Of a DNA stretch of 64,000 nt, positions 1 through 9,418 are shown piece after piece. Numbering within the stretch: position 1 is the first letter of the stretch; every line of letters begins with the position of its first letter. The stretch lies in NCBI RefSeq assembly GCF_015058625.1, contig NZ_SVCA01000005.1, one strand, 5' to 3'. The position numbers were made by a program, and so were the translations under genes. The notes under the pieces were generated by a model. The model was not told the origin of the DNA and searched no databases. It saw only the letters and a list, made by a program, of their open reading frames with translations. Origin of the DNA: Selenomonas ruminantium (GTDB lineage: Bacteria > Bacillota > Negativicutes > Selenomonadales > Selenomonadaceae).

Positions 1-1536
1 GATATTGAGGCAAATATTGGCGGTTATACCTATAATCCAGCGGCAGATCTGAATCTGCAGGTGGTAAATGGCGGCGTTCAGGGCTCGTCCTTTGATAACC
101 TTACCGGAGCTGCACATTTGAAAAATGGCCTGATTGATTTGACTGAGCTGAAGGTGGCCAAGCAGGTGGGCGAGCGCAGCTGCTCGGCTGCGGCTAAAGG
201 GATTGTTCCCTTGCGGGCACTGACGGCAGGCAAGGATGAATGGCTGGAAGATTATGAGCAGATTCAGCTACAGATTGGTCTGGAAAATGCGGATTTGTCC
301 CTGCTGCCCACCATATCCAAACAGGTGGACTGGGCGTTGGGGGCCACGGAAGGTGCAGTGAAAATTTACGGTTCCCTGGCCCATCCGCTGATAGATGGCA
401 GTATTGTTGTTCCCAATGGGGCAGTGAAGCTCAAGGCGCTGAATGACCCGGTTACGGATATGGCCGTCAAGGTGAATTTTGCCGGCAATAAAGTGACAGT
501 TGAAGATTTTTCTGGTAAAATGGGCGGTGGTTCCTATCGTTTGCATGGCAGTGTAAGCTTTAACGGTTTGGAACCGGAACATTATGACCTTTCGCTGAAT
601 ATCGACCAGCTTGGGATCAACAGCAAGTTCTTTACCGGCCCGCTGAATGGACAGTTCAGCCTGAAGGATACGGACTTCTATGGACATCGCCTGCCTAAGC
701 TCTATGGTCAGCTGGATTTTAAGCATTGTCAGGTGTCGGTGCCGACGATTCCGGACAGTGATGGCGAAATGCCGGAAATGGTTCTGGATGTGCAGGTCAA
801 TGTGGGGGATAAGGTGCATTTTTACAGTCCCTATCTCTATGACCTTTATCTGACTGGTGCTTTCCATGCCGGGGGCATCATGAGTCATCCCAAGATGAGC
901 GGCAGTCTGCAGGTGAAACGCGGGGGCACCATCAACTATTTGAAGACAGAGTTCAACATCCGTCAAGGCATCGCGAACTTCAATCAGGTAGCATCATTTA
1001 TGCCCAGCATTGATTTCTTTGCCGATACAAAACTGGCTCGGGCCAGGGTGTTTCTGTCGGTAAGAGGGCCGTTAGGGGCGGCGCAGATGAAACTTTCTTC
1101 CAGCCCAGCCATGAGCCAGACGCAGATTGTGCAGCTGCTGACGCTGCGGGATGCTTACCGGGATGGCAATAGCAGTATGAATGCTGGCGATTTGCTGGCG
1201 GTGGGCCTGCAGATGACCTTCCTCTCGGAGGTAGAGGGCCTTATGCGGAACTACCTGTATATGGATAAATTAACCATTTCCCGGGGCAATGGTTCCCTGT
1301 TCAGCAACTATAATGCAGAAAAAGACAAAGAAAATCCCGAAAACAAATATGATTTTAATGTAACTATGGGAAAATATATATCAGACAAGGTTATGCTCCG
1401 TTATACGCATGGTTTTGGCAGTAAAGACATCAACCGCTATGGTGTGCAGTATGATATCAATGACCATTGGGGCTTGACCTTTGAGCGGGAGTCCAACAAA
1501 TCCATTGTTGGTGTGGAAGCCCGCATGACATTTTAA
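1..1536 (+). CDS. tamB: TamB-like translocation/assembly module protein, C-terminal part (5' truncated by the window edge)
   Basis: The reading frame is open from position 1, so the start lies outside the window. The listed ORF 61..1536 continues upstream with no stop. It is a beta-rich, Gly/Asn-rich DUF490-like sequence ending in ...GVEARMTF (terminal Phe). It sits immediately upstream of bamA, as expected for the TamB homolog of a diderm outer-membrane cluster. Confidence 0.55.
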   Translation, partial: DIEANIGGYTYNPAADLNLQVVNGGVQGSSFDNLTGAAHLKNGLIDLTELKVAKQVGERSCSAAAKGIVPLRALTAGKDEWLEDYEQIQLQIGLENADLSLLPTISKQVDWALGATEGAVKIYGSLAHPLIDGSIVVPNGAVKLKALNDPVTDMAVKVNFAGNKVTVEDFSGKMGGGSYRLHGSVSFNGLEPEHYDLSLNIDQLGINSKFFTGPLNGQFSLKDTDFYGHRLPKLYGQLDFKHCQVSVPTIPDSDGEMPEMVLDVQVNVGDKVHFYSPYLYDLYLTGAFHAGGIMSHPKMSGSLQVKRGGTINYLKTEFNIRQGIANFNQVASFMPSIDFFADTKLARARVFLSVRGPLGAAQMKLSSSPAMSQTQIVQLLTLRDAYRDGNSSMNAGDLLAVGLQMTFLSEVEGLMRNYLYMDKLTISRGNGSLFSNYNAEKDKENPENKYDFNVTMGKYISDKVMLRYTHGFGSKDINRYGVQYDINDHWGLTFERESNKSIVGVEARMTF

Positions 1537-1558
1537 CAATGCTTAGCGCAGAAAGGGG

Positions 1559-2200
1559 GTGATGGGGCTGCGTTTTGCACAATATGTAAAAGAATTACAA
1601 CGGATAAAACCATTGGCAAGAGAGGAAGAAGCGCAGCTCTGGCAGGCCTATAAGGCCGGTGGCGAGGAAGATGCCCGCCGCCAGCTCATCGAGGCCTATC
1701 AGCCCCTGGTATTCAAACAGGCACTGCCTTACCGCAGCCTGCAGAATATCATGGATGTGGTGCAGGAAGGTACGGTGGGCCTCATTGAAGCGGTGGAGCG
1801 ATACGACCCGGAGCGGGGAATCGCCTTCAGTCTCTTTGCTATTCACCGCATTCGCGGGCGGATGCTTGACTTTCTGCAAAAGGAAGGGGCTTCGGACAGC
1901 CCCTGTATGGATGCTGCGCAGGATGAGGGCGGTTCCACCTATAAGGAAAACCTGATGGACACCTCGCCTACCGTAGCTGAGCAGGCAGAAAACCATGAGC
2001 TGGTGGGAAAACTCCGAACAGCCATGGCGCGCCTGCCAGCCCGGGAAAAAGAGGTGCTGGAAAATGTTTATCTAGCCAGTCAGGATGTGCAGGCCGTAGC
2101 AGAGGCTATGGACATCAGTCCCAGCCATGTCTACCGCTTGCAGAAGACAGGCATCCGGCGCATTCGGGGAATGCTGTCCAGATTCATGCAGTATTGGTGA
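1559..2200 (+). CDS. RNA polymerase sigma factor, sigma-70 family (group 3/4-like, 213 aa)
   Basis: Region-2 motifs are present (LIEAYQPLVFKQAL...VQEGTVGLIEAVERYDPERGIAFSLFAIHRIRGRMLDF). A region-4 HTH is also present (VLENVYLASQDVQAVAEAMDISPSHVYRLQKTGIRRIR). An RBS-like GGGGG precedes the ATG. Confidence 0.7.
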   Translation: MMGLRFAQYVKELQRIKPLAREEEAQLWQAYKAGGEEDARRQLIEAYQPLVFKQALPYRSLQNIMDVVQEGTVGLIEAVERYDPERGIAFSLFAIHRIRGRMLDFLQKEGASDSPCMDAAQDEGGSTYKENLMDTSPTVAEQAENHELVGKLRTAMARLPAREKEVLENVYLASQDVQAVAEAMDISPSHVYRLQKTGIRRIRGMLSRFMQYW

Positions 2201-2362
2201 AATAATTTTCAAATGAGCAAAGTTAAGCTGAAAAATGACGAAATAACATGCTAATAGCTTGTGAGAGTCGGTATCGACGTGATATGATGTGTCAAAGGGA
2301 AATACAGTCAGCCGATTGTAAATAAAGAGAGTTTAGTGAATTTTACGGTCGGAGGGGCAGGT

Positions 2363-2899
2363 ATGGACAAACGGACACAACGTAATCACATACGGGCGGC
2401 CCGGGAATGGCTGGGCAGGGCGGACGATTCTTTAGCACAGGATAATGATGTGCAGGGGGATTTGAAGCTGATGCTGGCCCGGGCAGAACTTGCTCATGTG
2501 GGGCCAAGTGCCCGCAGCTGCCGGCTGAAAATATGGGGGCGGAGAGGCCTGGCCTTGTTAACGGCAGTGCTGTTGGCCGTAATCTTTTGTTGGCAACCGG
2601 CGGCAGCACCACCTGCGCCGGAAATGCCGGCCCCGGCAACACCAGTGGCTGAAAATGTAGCAGCTGCCAGTCAGGAGCCCAATTTGCCGCTAAGGGAGAT
2701 ACCCGTGCAGGCTGAGCAGATAGCTGCGGAGCCAAAAGCAGAAGTACCGGCTCAGGTACCTGTTACGCCGCTGCCCGAAAAGAACAATGCTCCGGCGCCA
2801 AGCGTGGAGGCGGACGCACCTGTATCCCCTTCGCCGCAGATACCCAATCAGGAAAAACAACAACTTATGCAGTCTGCAGGGAAAATCCTGCGGCAATAA
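2363..2899 (+). CDS. Proline/alanine-rich single-pass membrane protein, putative anti-sigma factor
   Basis: ATG at 2363 has a GGAGGGG RBS 6-12 nt upstream. It has a roughly 55-aa cytoplasmic N-terminus, one TM segment (LALLTAVLLAVIFCW) and a low-complexity Pro/Ala/Glu-rich tail. It lies directly downstream of the sigma factor. The anti-sigma call rests on position and architecture only. Confidence 0.35.
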   Translation: MDKRTQRNHIRAAREWLGRADDSLAQDNDVQGDLKLMLARAELAHVGPSARSCRLKIWGRRGLALLTAVLLAVIFCWQPAAAPPAPEMPAPATPVAENVAAASQEPNLPLREIPVQAEQIAAEPKAEVPAQVPVTPLPEKNNAPAPSVEADAPVSPSPQIPNQEKQQLMQSAGKILRQ

Positions 2900-2922
2900 G
2901 AAGATTTTGGGAGGTTTGACCT

Positions 2923-4866
2923 TTGAACAAACAAAACAGACGATTCCTTGCCTGTGCAGTAGCGCTGGCTACCAGTTTTGCTGCTGTACCGGGAGTGTCG
3001 CATGCAGAAGTGACTGCTAAACCGGCCAATCAGGCCGCCACGGCTGTGGCAGCAGAATCCGCGGGCACGGCAAGTGCGCCTGCTGCGAATACATCTGCAC
3101 CGGCGGAAAAAAATGCGGAGACGGCTGCTCAGCAGGGAAATGCGCAGGAAGATAAGCGTACAGCTGACTGGTCCAAGAACCGTCCGCAGGAAGATGCCAT
3201 TGAAAAGTACAGTAAGGAATACGAAGGCCAGACCATCGTGGATACGGTTTTTGAGGGGACCACTGCCGTTACGGAAGCTACGGCGAAGTCATCGCTGTCT
3301 ATGAAAACTGGGGATATGTTCACGGTTAATGGCATGAATAAGGACCGGGAGGCAATATACAATACAGGTTATTTCTATGACTTGTTCCCCACATTCCAGA
3401 AAGTGCCGGAAGGTGTGGTACTGACCTACCATGTATTGGAAAATCCGATTATCAAGAGCGTGGAAATTACGGGTAATACTGTCTATAAGACGGAGGATTT
3501 GCGCTCCTGCATTACCGTTAAAGATAACGAAATCTTAAATAACCGTACACTGCACGAGAATGTACAGGCTATCAAAGAAAAGTATCGTAACGACGGCTAC
3601 ATCCTGGCTAAGGTTACGGACATGAATATTGATAAGGACGGCAACCTTACGCTGAAAATCAACGAAGGCGTATTGGAGGGCTATAAAGTAAAGGGCAACA
3701 CCAAGACAAAGGACTACGTTATCCTGCGGGAAATGCGTCAGAAGGTTGGCGAACCCTTTAACTCCAAGAAGGCCCGTCGTTCCATGCAGCGTGTTTACAA
3801 CCTGGGGTTCTTTGAAGATGTAAATATCAAGATGAATCCGGGCGTGGAACCCAACGCTGTGGTGATGGAACTGGATGTCAAGGAAAAGCGTACGGGTACC
3901 TTTGGTATCGGTGCCGGTTATAGCACCGCAGATGGTGTTATCGGTATGGTGAGCATTGGCGATTCCAACTTCCGTGGCACTGGCGATGCTGTGAGCATTA
4001 CCTACGAACGCAGCGGTAATGAAAAAGATGCACATGGTTTTACTTTCTCCTGGCGTCATCCTTATCTTGACAAGAAGGAAACCGTTGGTACGTTGCGTGT
4101 GTATAACAGAACGTATGAATACAGCGATTATGATACAAATGGTAATCTCAAGGAAAGTTATATGCGTAAATACGCCGGCGGAGAAATTATTCTGGGCCGT
4201 CCGATCAGTGAGTTTTCCACGAACTATATCACCTTGAAAAATCGTTCGGATAGTTATGTTCGTCATACAAAGAATGGTAATCAGGGGGATCGCAGCACGC
4301 CCGCATGGAAGCAGTGGCGCGATGATAATTTCGGTACAACCCGCAGTGTTACCTTTGAACATGTTACCGATACGCGTGACAATATCTACAACCCCACGGA
4401 AGGTGGCCGGGTCAGCCTGTCAGCTGAAGTGGCTGGCTTAGGCGGCGATTTCAATTTCCAGAAGGCGGCGATTGAAGATCAGCGCTACTTCAAAGTGGGG
4501 CGTGCGCAGGTAATTGCTTTGCGTGGCAAGTATGGTTGGGGCCATGGCGACATTTCTGAATTCAATCAGTACAGAGTGGGTGGCCAGAACAGCCTGCGTG
4601 GTTATCGCGATGACCAGTACCGCGGTGACCATATGATTTTGGCTACATTGGAATACCGCTTCCCGATTGTCAGCAAGGTGCAGGGCGCAATCTTTACAGA
4701 TTGGGGCGGTGCCTGGTTCGATAACTTTTTGCCGCAGAGTGGTACGATTCATGGCAGTGTTGGTATCGGTCTGTCCCTGAATACACCGCTTGGTCCGTTG
4801 CGTCTTGATTATGGCCGGGGCAGCAATGGTGGCCGCGTACACTTCAGCGTTGGCGGCGCCTTCTGA
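2923..4866 (+). CDS. bamA: Outer membrane protein assembly factor BamA (Omp85/D15), POTRA domains plus beta-barrel
   Basis: TTG start with a GGGAGG RBS. A signal peptide is followed by Ala-rich linkers and POTRA-like repeats. The surface-antigen D15 barrel ends in a canonical beta-signal ...RVHFSVGGAF. Confidence 0.85.
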   Translation: MNKQNRRFLACAVALATSFAAVPGVSHAEVTAKPANQAATAVAAESAGTASAPAANTSAPAEKNAETAAQQGNAQEDKRTADWSKNRPQEDAIEKYSKEYEGQTIVDTVFEGTTAVTEATAKSSLSMKTGDMFTVNGMNKDREAIYNTGYFYDLFPTFQKVPEGVVLTYHVLENPIIKSVEITGNTVYKTEDLRSCITVKDNEILNNRTLHENVQAIKEKYRNDGYILAKVTDMNIDKDGNLTLKINEGVLEGYKVKGNTKTKDYVILREMRQKVGEPFNSKKARRSMQRVYNLGFFEDVNIKMNPGVEPNAVVMELDVKEKRTGTFGIGAGYSTADGVIGMVSIGDSNFRGTGDAVSITYERSGNEKDAHGFTFSWRHPYLDKKETVGTLRVYNRTYEYSDYDTNGNLKESYMRKYAGGEIILGRPISEFSTNYITLKNRSDSYVRHTKNGNQGDRSTPAWKQWRDDNFGTTRSVTFEHVTDTRDNIYNPTEGGRVSLSAEVAGLGGDFNFQKAAIEDQRYFKVGRAQVIALRGKYGWGHGDISEFNQYRVGGQNSLRGYRDDQYRGDHMILATLEYRFPIVSKVQGAIFTDWGGAWFDNFLPQSGTIHGSVGIGLSLNTPLGPLRLDYGRGSNGGRVHFSVGGAF

Positions 4867-6152
4867 TGAAGCCGGCTATAGCGGCGGTTATCGCGCTTTT
4901 GGTCATATTGTCGGCTTTTCCCGCCGAAGCGGCGAAGGTGGACCGGGTTGTGGCGGTAACCACAGCTCATGACAGTCTGCCTCCTTTGGTGGCAGAGCGA
5001 ATGAACCATAGTGTGGCAGCCATTGCCAGCCAGCTTTTGGAAGGCAAGGAAATTGCTGCGGTGCAGGCTGGCAATGCCAGCTATGCGGCCCTAATCCACG
5101 AAGTCTTTGATAAGGTGCTGGTAGGGTACACGGTGAAACAAGTGCGTATCCAGCCTGCTGCTGAAACAAAGGTGGAGGTGGAACTGCTTCCTTGGTCGGA
5201 GGTCATCCAGTCTGTGCAGGTGGAAACTTCTGTCGAAGGAATGCCGCCCCGTATAGAGAATATGGTGCGGCAGGACCTGACAGGAGTGGAACGTGTCTTT
5301 GAAGATGCGATGATGGGGCTTCCCACTGCGGCAGCAGATTGGACAAATGGCGTTCTGAAACAACATCTGAATGCTTATCTGGAGCAGCATTTGCCGGAGT
5401 TTCGGGCGGATTTTGATGTGAATCCGGAACCGCATACACAGGTGAAACTGATGGTTTATCCGCGGCTGCCTGTGGTGCGGACGGTGGATTTATCCATGCG
5501 TTCGGATACGGTGCCTAACAGTGCACTGTTGGCACGGCGGGATGTGATGCAGGCGCAGGTCGATGAAATCGTAGGTGTTCCTGTGGGATTCGTCCGCCGT
5601 CATCGGCAGGAGCTGGAACAGGCTTTTGCGCAAGGGTTGGATAACCGCCAGGATTTTCGAGCTCTGAGCATGCAGACAAAGGTAGCGATAGAGCCGGCGG
5701 AACGCACTCAGGTTATGAGCCGTTCCGATACCAGCCGCTATCGTTTGCGCTTGTCAGGTTGGCTGGATATCGGCCGCAAAGAGAAGGCGAGTCATAAGAA
5801 TGACGAAAACATGCTCCTGCGGCTGCATGCCGGACAGATGCTGGGTTCGAAGGATGAAATCTTTGTACTGGCTGATTTGCTGCCGGAAAAGATGAAATGG
5901 AACTGGCAGCTGGGCTGGCAGCATGATTTGCGCGGCGGCAGGCTGGTGGGCCTGCGCTATGATATGCGGAAGCATAAGCTCATCTATGATATTCGCCAGC
6001 AGTTGGCTCCCCGCTGGCTTCTGCGGTATGAGTACCGCACAGCGGACAACATGGGGGAGGCAGCGCTTCGCTACCGTCTGCATGATTTTGTGAGCCTTGA
6101 ATATGTACTGGATAATGAGCAGAATTGGCTGCGGCTTATCGGTAATTTTTAA
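4866..6152 (+). CDS. Secreted hypothetical protein translationally coupled to bamA, possible outer-membrane protein (C-terminal ...LRLIGNF)
   Basis: The ATG overlaps the bamA stop (TGATG). It has an N-terminal signal peptide (MKPAIAAVIALLVILSAFPAEA). No recognisable catalytic motif was seen. The C-terminus ends in Phe with an alternating hydrophobic pattern resembling a beta-signal. Confidence 0.5.
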   Translation: MKPAIAAVIALLVILSAFPAEAAKVDRVVAVTTAHDSLPPLVAERMNHSVAAIASQLLEGKEIAAVQAGNASYAALIHEVFDKVLVGYTVKQVRIQPAAETKVEVELLPWSEVIQSVQVETSVEGMPPRIENMVRQDLTGVERVFEDAMMGLPTAAADWTNGVLKQHLNAYLEQHLPEFRADFDVNPEPHTQVKLMVYPRLPVVRTVDLSMRSDTVPNSALLARRDVMQAQVDEIVGVPVGFVRRHRQELEQAFAQGLDNRQDFRALSMQTKVAIEPAERTQVMSRSDTSRYRLRLSGWLDIGRKEKASHKNDENMLLRLHAGQMLGSKDEIFVLADLLPEKMKWNWQLGWQHDLRGGRLVGLRYDMRKHKLIYDIRQQLAPRWLLRYEYRTADNMGEAALRYRLHDFVSLEYVLDNEQNWLRLIGNF

Positions 6153-6253
6153 GGGAATATCTTGAATAAAAAAAGTTATTTTGTTATAATGTCAATCGTA
6201 TATGGCATTTATTAACTCGAAAAATTCCTCAATTAGGAAAAGGAGATTTTGAA

Positions 6254-6718
6254 ATGGTTAAATTGCAGAAAAAACAGGTTAAAATCGTTAGCATTCTCAT
6301 TGCGTTGGCTTTTGTAGGCTCCGTTGTAGCCATGGCTTTGACGCAGTTCGGCCCGAACATGGCCAGTGCAGCCAGTTCCAATGTGGGCGTGGTTGATTAC
6401 AGCCAGATTATGAGCCAGCATCCGAAGGTTCAGGCTGCTTCCACGGAAATGCAGACGGCAGTTCAGGAAGCACAGAAGGACTTTGAAGCAAAGTCTGCCA
6501 ACATGAACGACAATGAAAAACGTGATTATTATGCGCAGACCCAGCAGCGTCTGCAGCAGAAGAACCAGGAACTCATGGAACCCATCACCAAGAGCGTGGA
6601 AGAATCCGTGAAGAAGGTTGCTGAACAGAAGGGCCTGTCCGTAGTTCTGGACAAGGGCGCTGTGGTTTACGGTGGCGTAGACATCACGCAGGATGTACTG
6701 AAGCAGGTTAGCAAATAA
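6254..6718 (+). CDS. skp: OmpH/Skp family periplasmic chaperone
   Basis: A signal peptide precedes a VGVVDYSQIMSQHPK motif. It has a coiled-coil core and a C-terminal ...LDKGAVVYGGVDITQDVLKQV, typical of Skp/OmpH. An RBS AGGAAAAGGAG precedes the ATG. Confidence 0.75.
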   Translation: MVKLQKKQVKIVSILIALAFVGSVVAMALTQFGPNMASAASSNVGVVDYSQIMSQHPKVQAASTEMQTAVQEAQKDFEAKSANMNDNEKRDYYAQTQQRLQQKNQELMEPITKSVEESVKKVAEQKGLSVVLDKGAVVYGGVDITQDVLKQVSK

Positions 6719-6813
6719 TAGTCAGGTGCTACACTGATTAGAATAATAAAAGGCAGTACCGAGCAAAGATATGCTCGGTACTACTTTTAAGCTTAAAAGA
6801 TGAGGTGTCGGCC

Positions 6814-7902
6814 ATGGCAGAAGCAAGCAAGGACGAGCAGGAAAAAAAGAGGCAGCGAGGCCGCCATATTCTTGCAGGTGCGTTAGCAGCACTGCTCTTT
6901 GTCCTGCTGGGGGCATGGCTGGCAAGAGAATTTATCATTCCCCGGCAGGCGCCGGAAAGCCTCGCAGAGATTCCCGATGCGGGACTGATTGACTGGCAGC
7001 AGGTGTTGGAGGCGCATCCTGATTATGCGAAACTGACGGATTTGCAGGCGCAGTGCGAACTATTGGAGATGGAAGTTAGTGATGTGGGAGATTTGCTGAC
7101 CATGCAGCCACCACAGCTATTAGCCGAAACCTTCAAGGAGTCTGTCTGGCAGAAAAATGCAGCGGATGTAATCGGCGGCCGGGCAGAACTGGAGCGCAAG
7201 GCAAAAAAACTTCGTGAAGAGTACAGGCAGCGTACCGAGGCAGAATATAATGCCCGGCGGCAGGCTGTCGATGAGGAATTCCTGAACGCCATCCTGAATC
7301 TCAATATCCGGCTGGACAATCAGGAGTCCATGCATAATCCTCTGGATTCCAAGGAGAGCATTGCGCAGGAGCGTGCTGATTGGCTGGCACAGCGCAGCCA
7401 GCTGCAGGCAGAGCGTGGAAGGCGTCAGTATGAGCTTTGGCAGTCCTATAAGGCAGAGATTGAAGCCTATGTCCAAAAGGAACTGGGGCCTGAACTAGCC
7501 CAGTGGCAGGCAAATCTGCCCAATCTGCGTGAGCAGGAAATGGCCGCTGCCCTGAAGACCAAAAGTGAGGCCGATAAACGCAATGCCGAAGCCATGTCCA
7601 AGCAGCAGGAGCTGGCGCAAAAGGTGCAGGCCCGGCTGGAAAAACGGCAGCTTCTGGCGGAGAAAAAGACGGAGTTTGCTGCTCTGCAGGCCCATGTACT
7701 CAATGATGTGGCTGGCAAAGCCGCTAAGATTGCCATTATGCACCACTTCACCTTGATTTTGGTGCACCATCCCCAGACCTTGGCAAGTTTTATGCCTGGT
7801 GCAGCTGAGTTTAATCCCTTGCTGCGCAAAGCTGGTGTAGCCATTGGCATACGCACGCAGGATGTGACCGGGGAAATTGTGCAAGAGATGAAAAATCTGT
7901 AA
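6814..7902 (+). CDS. Membrane-anchored extended coiled-coil OmpH/Skp-like protein (about 363 aa)
   Basis: ATG at 6814 has a GAGGTG RBS; a GTG start at 6805 is the alternative. It has an N-terminal TM anchor (ILAGALAALLFVLLGAWLA) and an OmpH-like entry motif (GLIDWQQVLEAHPDYAKL). A long K/E/Q/R-rich coiled coil follows. The C-terminus (GIRTQDVTGEIVQEMKNL) resembles an OmpH C-terminus. It lies between two bona fide OmpH genes. Confidence 0.45.
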   Translation: MAEASKDEQEKKRQRGRHILAGALAALLFVLLGAWLAREFIIPRQAPESLAEIPDAGLIDWQQVLEAHPDYAKLTDLQAQCELLEMEVSDVGDLLTMQPPQLLAETFKESVWQKNAADVIGGRAELERKAKKLREEYRQRTEAEYNARRQAVDEEFLNAILNLNIRLDNQESMHNPLDSKESIAQERADWLAQRSQLQAERGRRQYELWQSYKAEIEAYVQKELGPELAQWQANLPNLREQEMAAALKTKSEADKRNAEAMSKQQELAQKVQARLEKRQLLAEKKTEFAALQAHVLNDVAGKAAKIAIMHHFTLILVHHPQTLASFMPGAAEFNPLLRKAGVAIGIRTQDVTGEIVQEMKNL

Positions 7903-7932
7903 TTGACTTATAAAGAAAGAAGCGAAGATAGG

Positions 7933-8382
7933 ATGAAATTACGCAAGAAAACAGCAGCTGCTATGATTATGGCTCTGCTTTGTGCCACTTTAGCCAGCGG
8001 CTGTGGCCAGACGAAAATCGGCTATATAGATGGTGAGCGGGTTTCCAAGGAAGCTCCGCAGATAAACAGCCTTATCGAAGAAGGCAATCAGAAGATTGAA
8101 GAAGCGCAGACACAGGCCAGTCAGGATCTGCAGAAGAAAATGCAGGAAAATCCTAACATGAGTCAGGAAGATTTGCAGAAGGCTCAGATGGATGGTCAGC
8201 GCAAGATTCAGGGCTTAAATCAGTCCTATTCGCTGCAGCTTCGTCAGAAGATGGATGTAGCTTTGGCGGCTGTCAGCAAGGATAAGAAACTGGATGCAGT
8301 TGTGAACAACAGCACGGATCAGCCGGTAGCTGTTACCGGAGCTGTGGATGTTACGGATGATGTTATTGCCCAGTTGCAGTAA
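7933..8382 (+). CDS. OmpH/Skp-like lipoprotein
   Basis: It has a lipoprotein signal peptide with a lipobox (MKLRKKTAAAMIMALLCATLASGC). A KIGYIDGERV motif and a C-terminal ...VAVTGAVDVTDDVIAQLQ match OmpH family features. The alternative TTG start at 7903 adds 10 aa. Confidence 0.6.
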   Translation: MKLRKKTAAAMIMALLCATLASGCGQTKIGYIDGERVSKEAPQINSLIEEGNQKIEEAQTQASQDLQKKMQENPNMSQEDLQKAQMDGQRKIQGLNQSYSLQLRQKMDVALAAVSKDKKLDAVVNNSTDQPVAVTGAVDVTDDVIAQLQ

Positions 8383-8397
8383 GATGGGAGTACCAGC

Positions 8398-9414
8398 ATG
8401 AAGAAGACTTTGCAGGAAATTGCAGCCATTGTGGGCGGCCGTGTCGTCGGCGATGAAGCGATTGAAATAGATGGTCTGGACAATATTGCCGGAGCCGGAG
8501 CCGGTGACCTGACCTTTGCAGTGGAGCCTCATATCGAGGAGGCTAAGACCTGCAAGGCAGCGGCTGTAATGCTGCCGGAAGGGATAGAGGATTTCCCTAA
8601 GACGGCCCTTTATGTGGAAGACCCCAGAGCGGCTTTTGCCAAACTGTTGGAGATTTTTACGCCGAAACTGGAGCGTCCCGCGGAAGTAAGCGCCAAGGCT
8701 CATGTGGGCAAGGATGTGAAGCTGGGCCAGAATGTCACCATTATGCCCTTTGCCATGGTAGATGACCATGCGGTTATCGGCGACAATGTGGTGCTTTATC
8801 CCCATACCTATATTGGTCAGTATGCGGAAATCGGTGATGACAGTGTCATCTATTCCAATGCCACTGTCCGCGAACACTGCCGGGTGGGCAAACGTTGTGT
8901 GGTGCATAGCTCGGCAGTTATTGGTTCCGACGGCTTTGGCTTTACCACGAAAGACGGCGTGCATACCAAGGTGCCGCAGGTAGGCATCGTAGTTTTAGAG
9001 GACGATGTGGAAATCGGCGCTCATGACGGCATCGATAGAGCTGCTATGGGCGCTACGGTTATCGGCAAGGGCACGAAGATTGACAATCTCGTGCATATCG
9101 GCCATAACTGTAAGATTGGCGCTAACTGCCTGATTGTAGCCCAGACGGGCATTTCCGGCTCGACTACTGTAGGTCATAATGTTACGTTCGGCGGTCAGGT
9201 GGGCACGGTAGGTCATATCAATATCGGTGCTAACTCCGTTTATGCGGCCCGCTCCGGTATTATTGGCGATATGCCGGAAGGTGTATTCTGCGCCGGCTTC
9301 CCGGTGCAGAGCCATACGGAATGGCTGCGCATGCAGGCGGCGATGAAGAAACTGCCGGAAATGCGGAAGAAAATCAGTCAGTTGGAAAAGAAATTAGCAA
9401 AGTACGAGGGCTAA
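8398..9414 (+). CDS. lpxD: UDP-3-O-(3-hydroxyacyl)glucosamine N-acyltransferase LpxD
   Basis: The N-terminus [19 protein letters not shown] is followed by a long left-handed beta-helix of hexapeptide repeats ([LIV]G..[LIV]). The C-terminus is helical. Confidence 0.85.
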   Translation: MKKTLQEIAAIVGGRVVGDEAIEIDGLDNIAGAGAGDLTFAVEPHIEEAKTCKAAAVMLPEGIEDFPKTALYVEDPRAAFAKLLEIFTPKLERPAEVSAKAHVGKDVKLGQNVTIMPFAMVDDHAVIGDNVVLYPHTYIGQYAEIGDDSVIYSNATVREHCRVGKRCVVHSSAVIGSDGFGFTTKDGVHTKVPQVGIVVLEDDVEIGAHDGIDRAAMGATVIGKGTKIDNLVHIGHNCKIGANCLIVAQTGISGSTTVGHNVTFGGQVGTVGHINIGANSVYAARSGIIGDMPEGVFCAGFPVQSHTEWLRMQAAMKKLPEMRKKISQLEKKLAKYEG

Positions 9415-9418
9415 GAAG

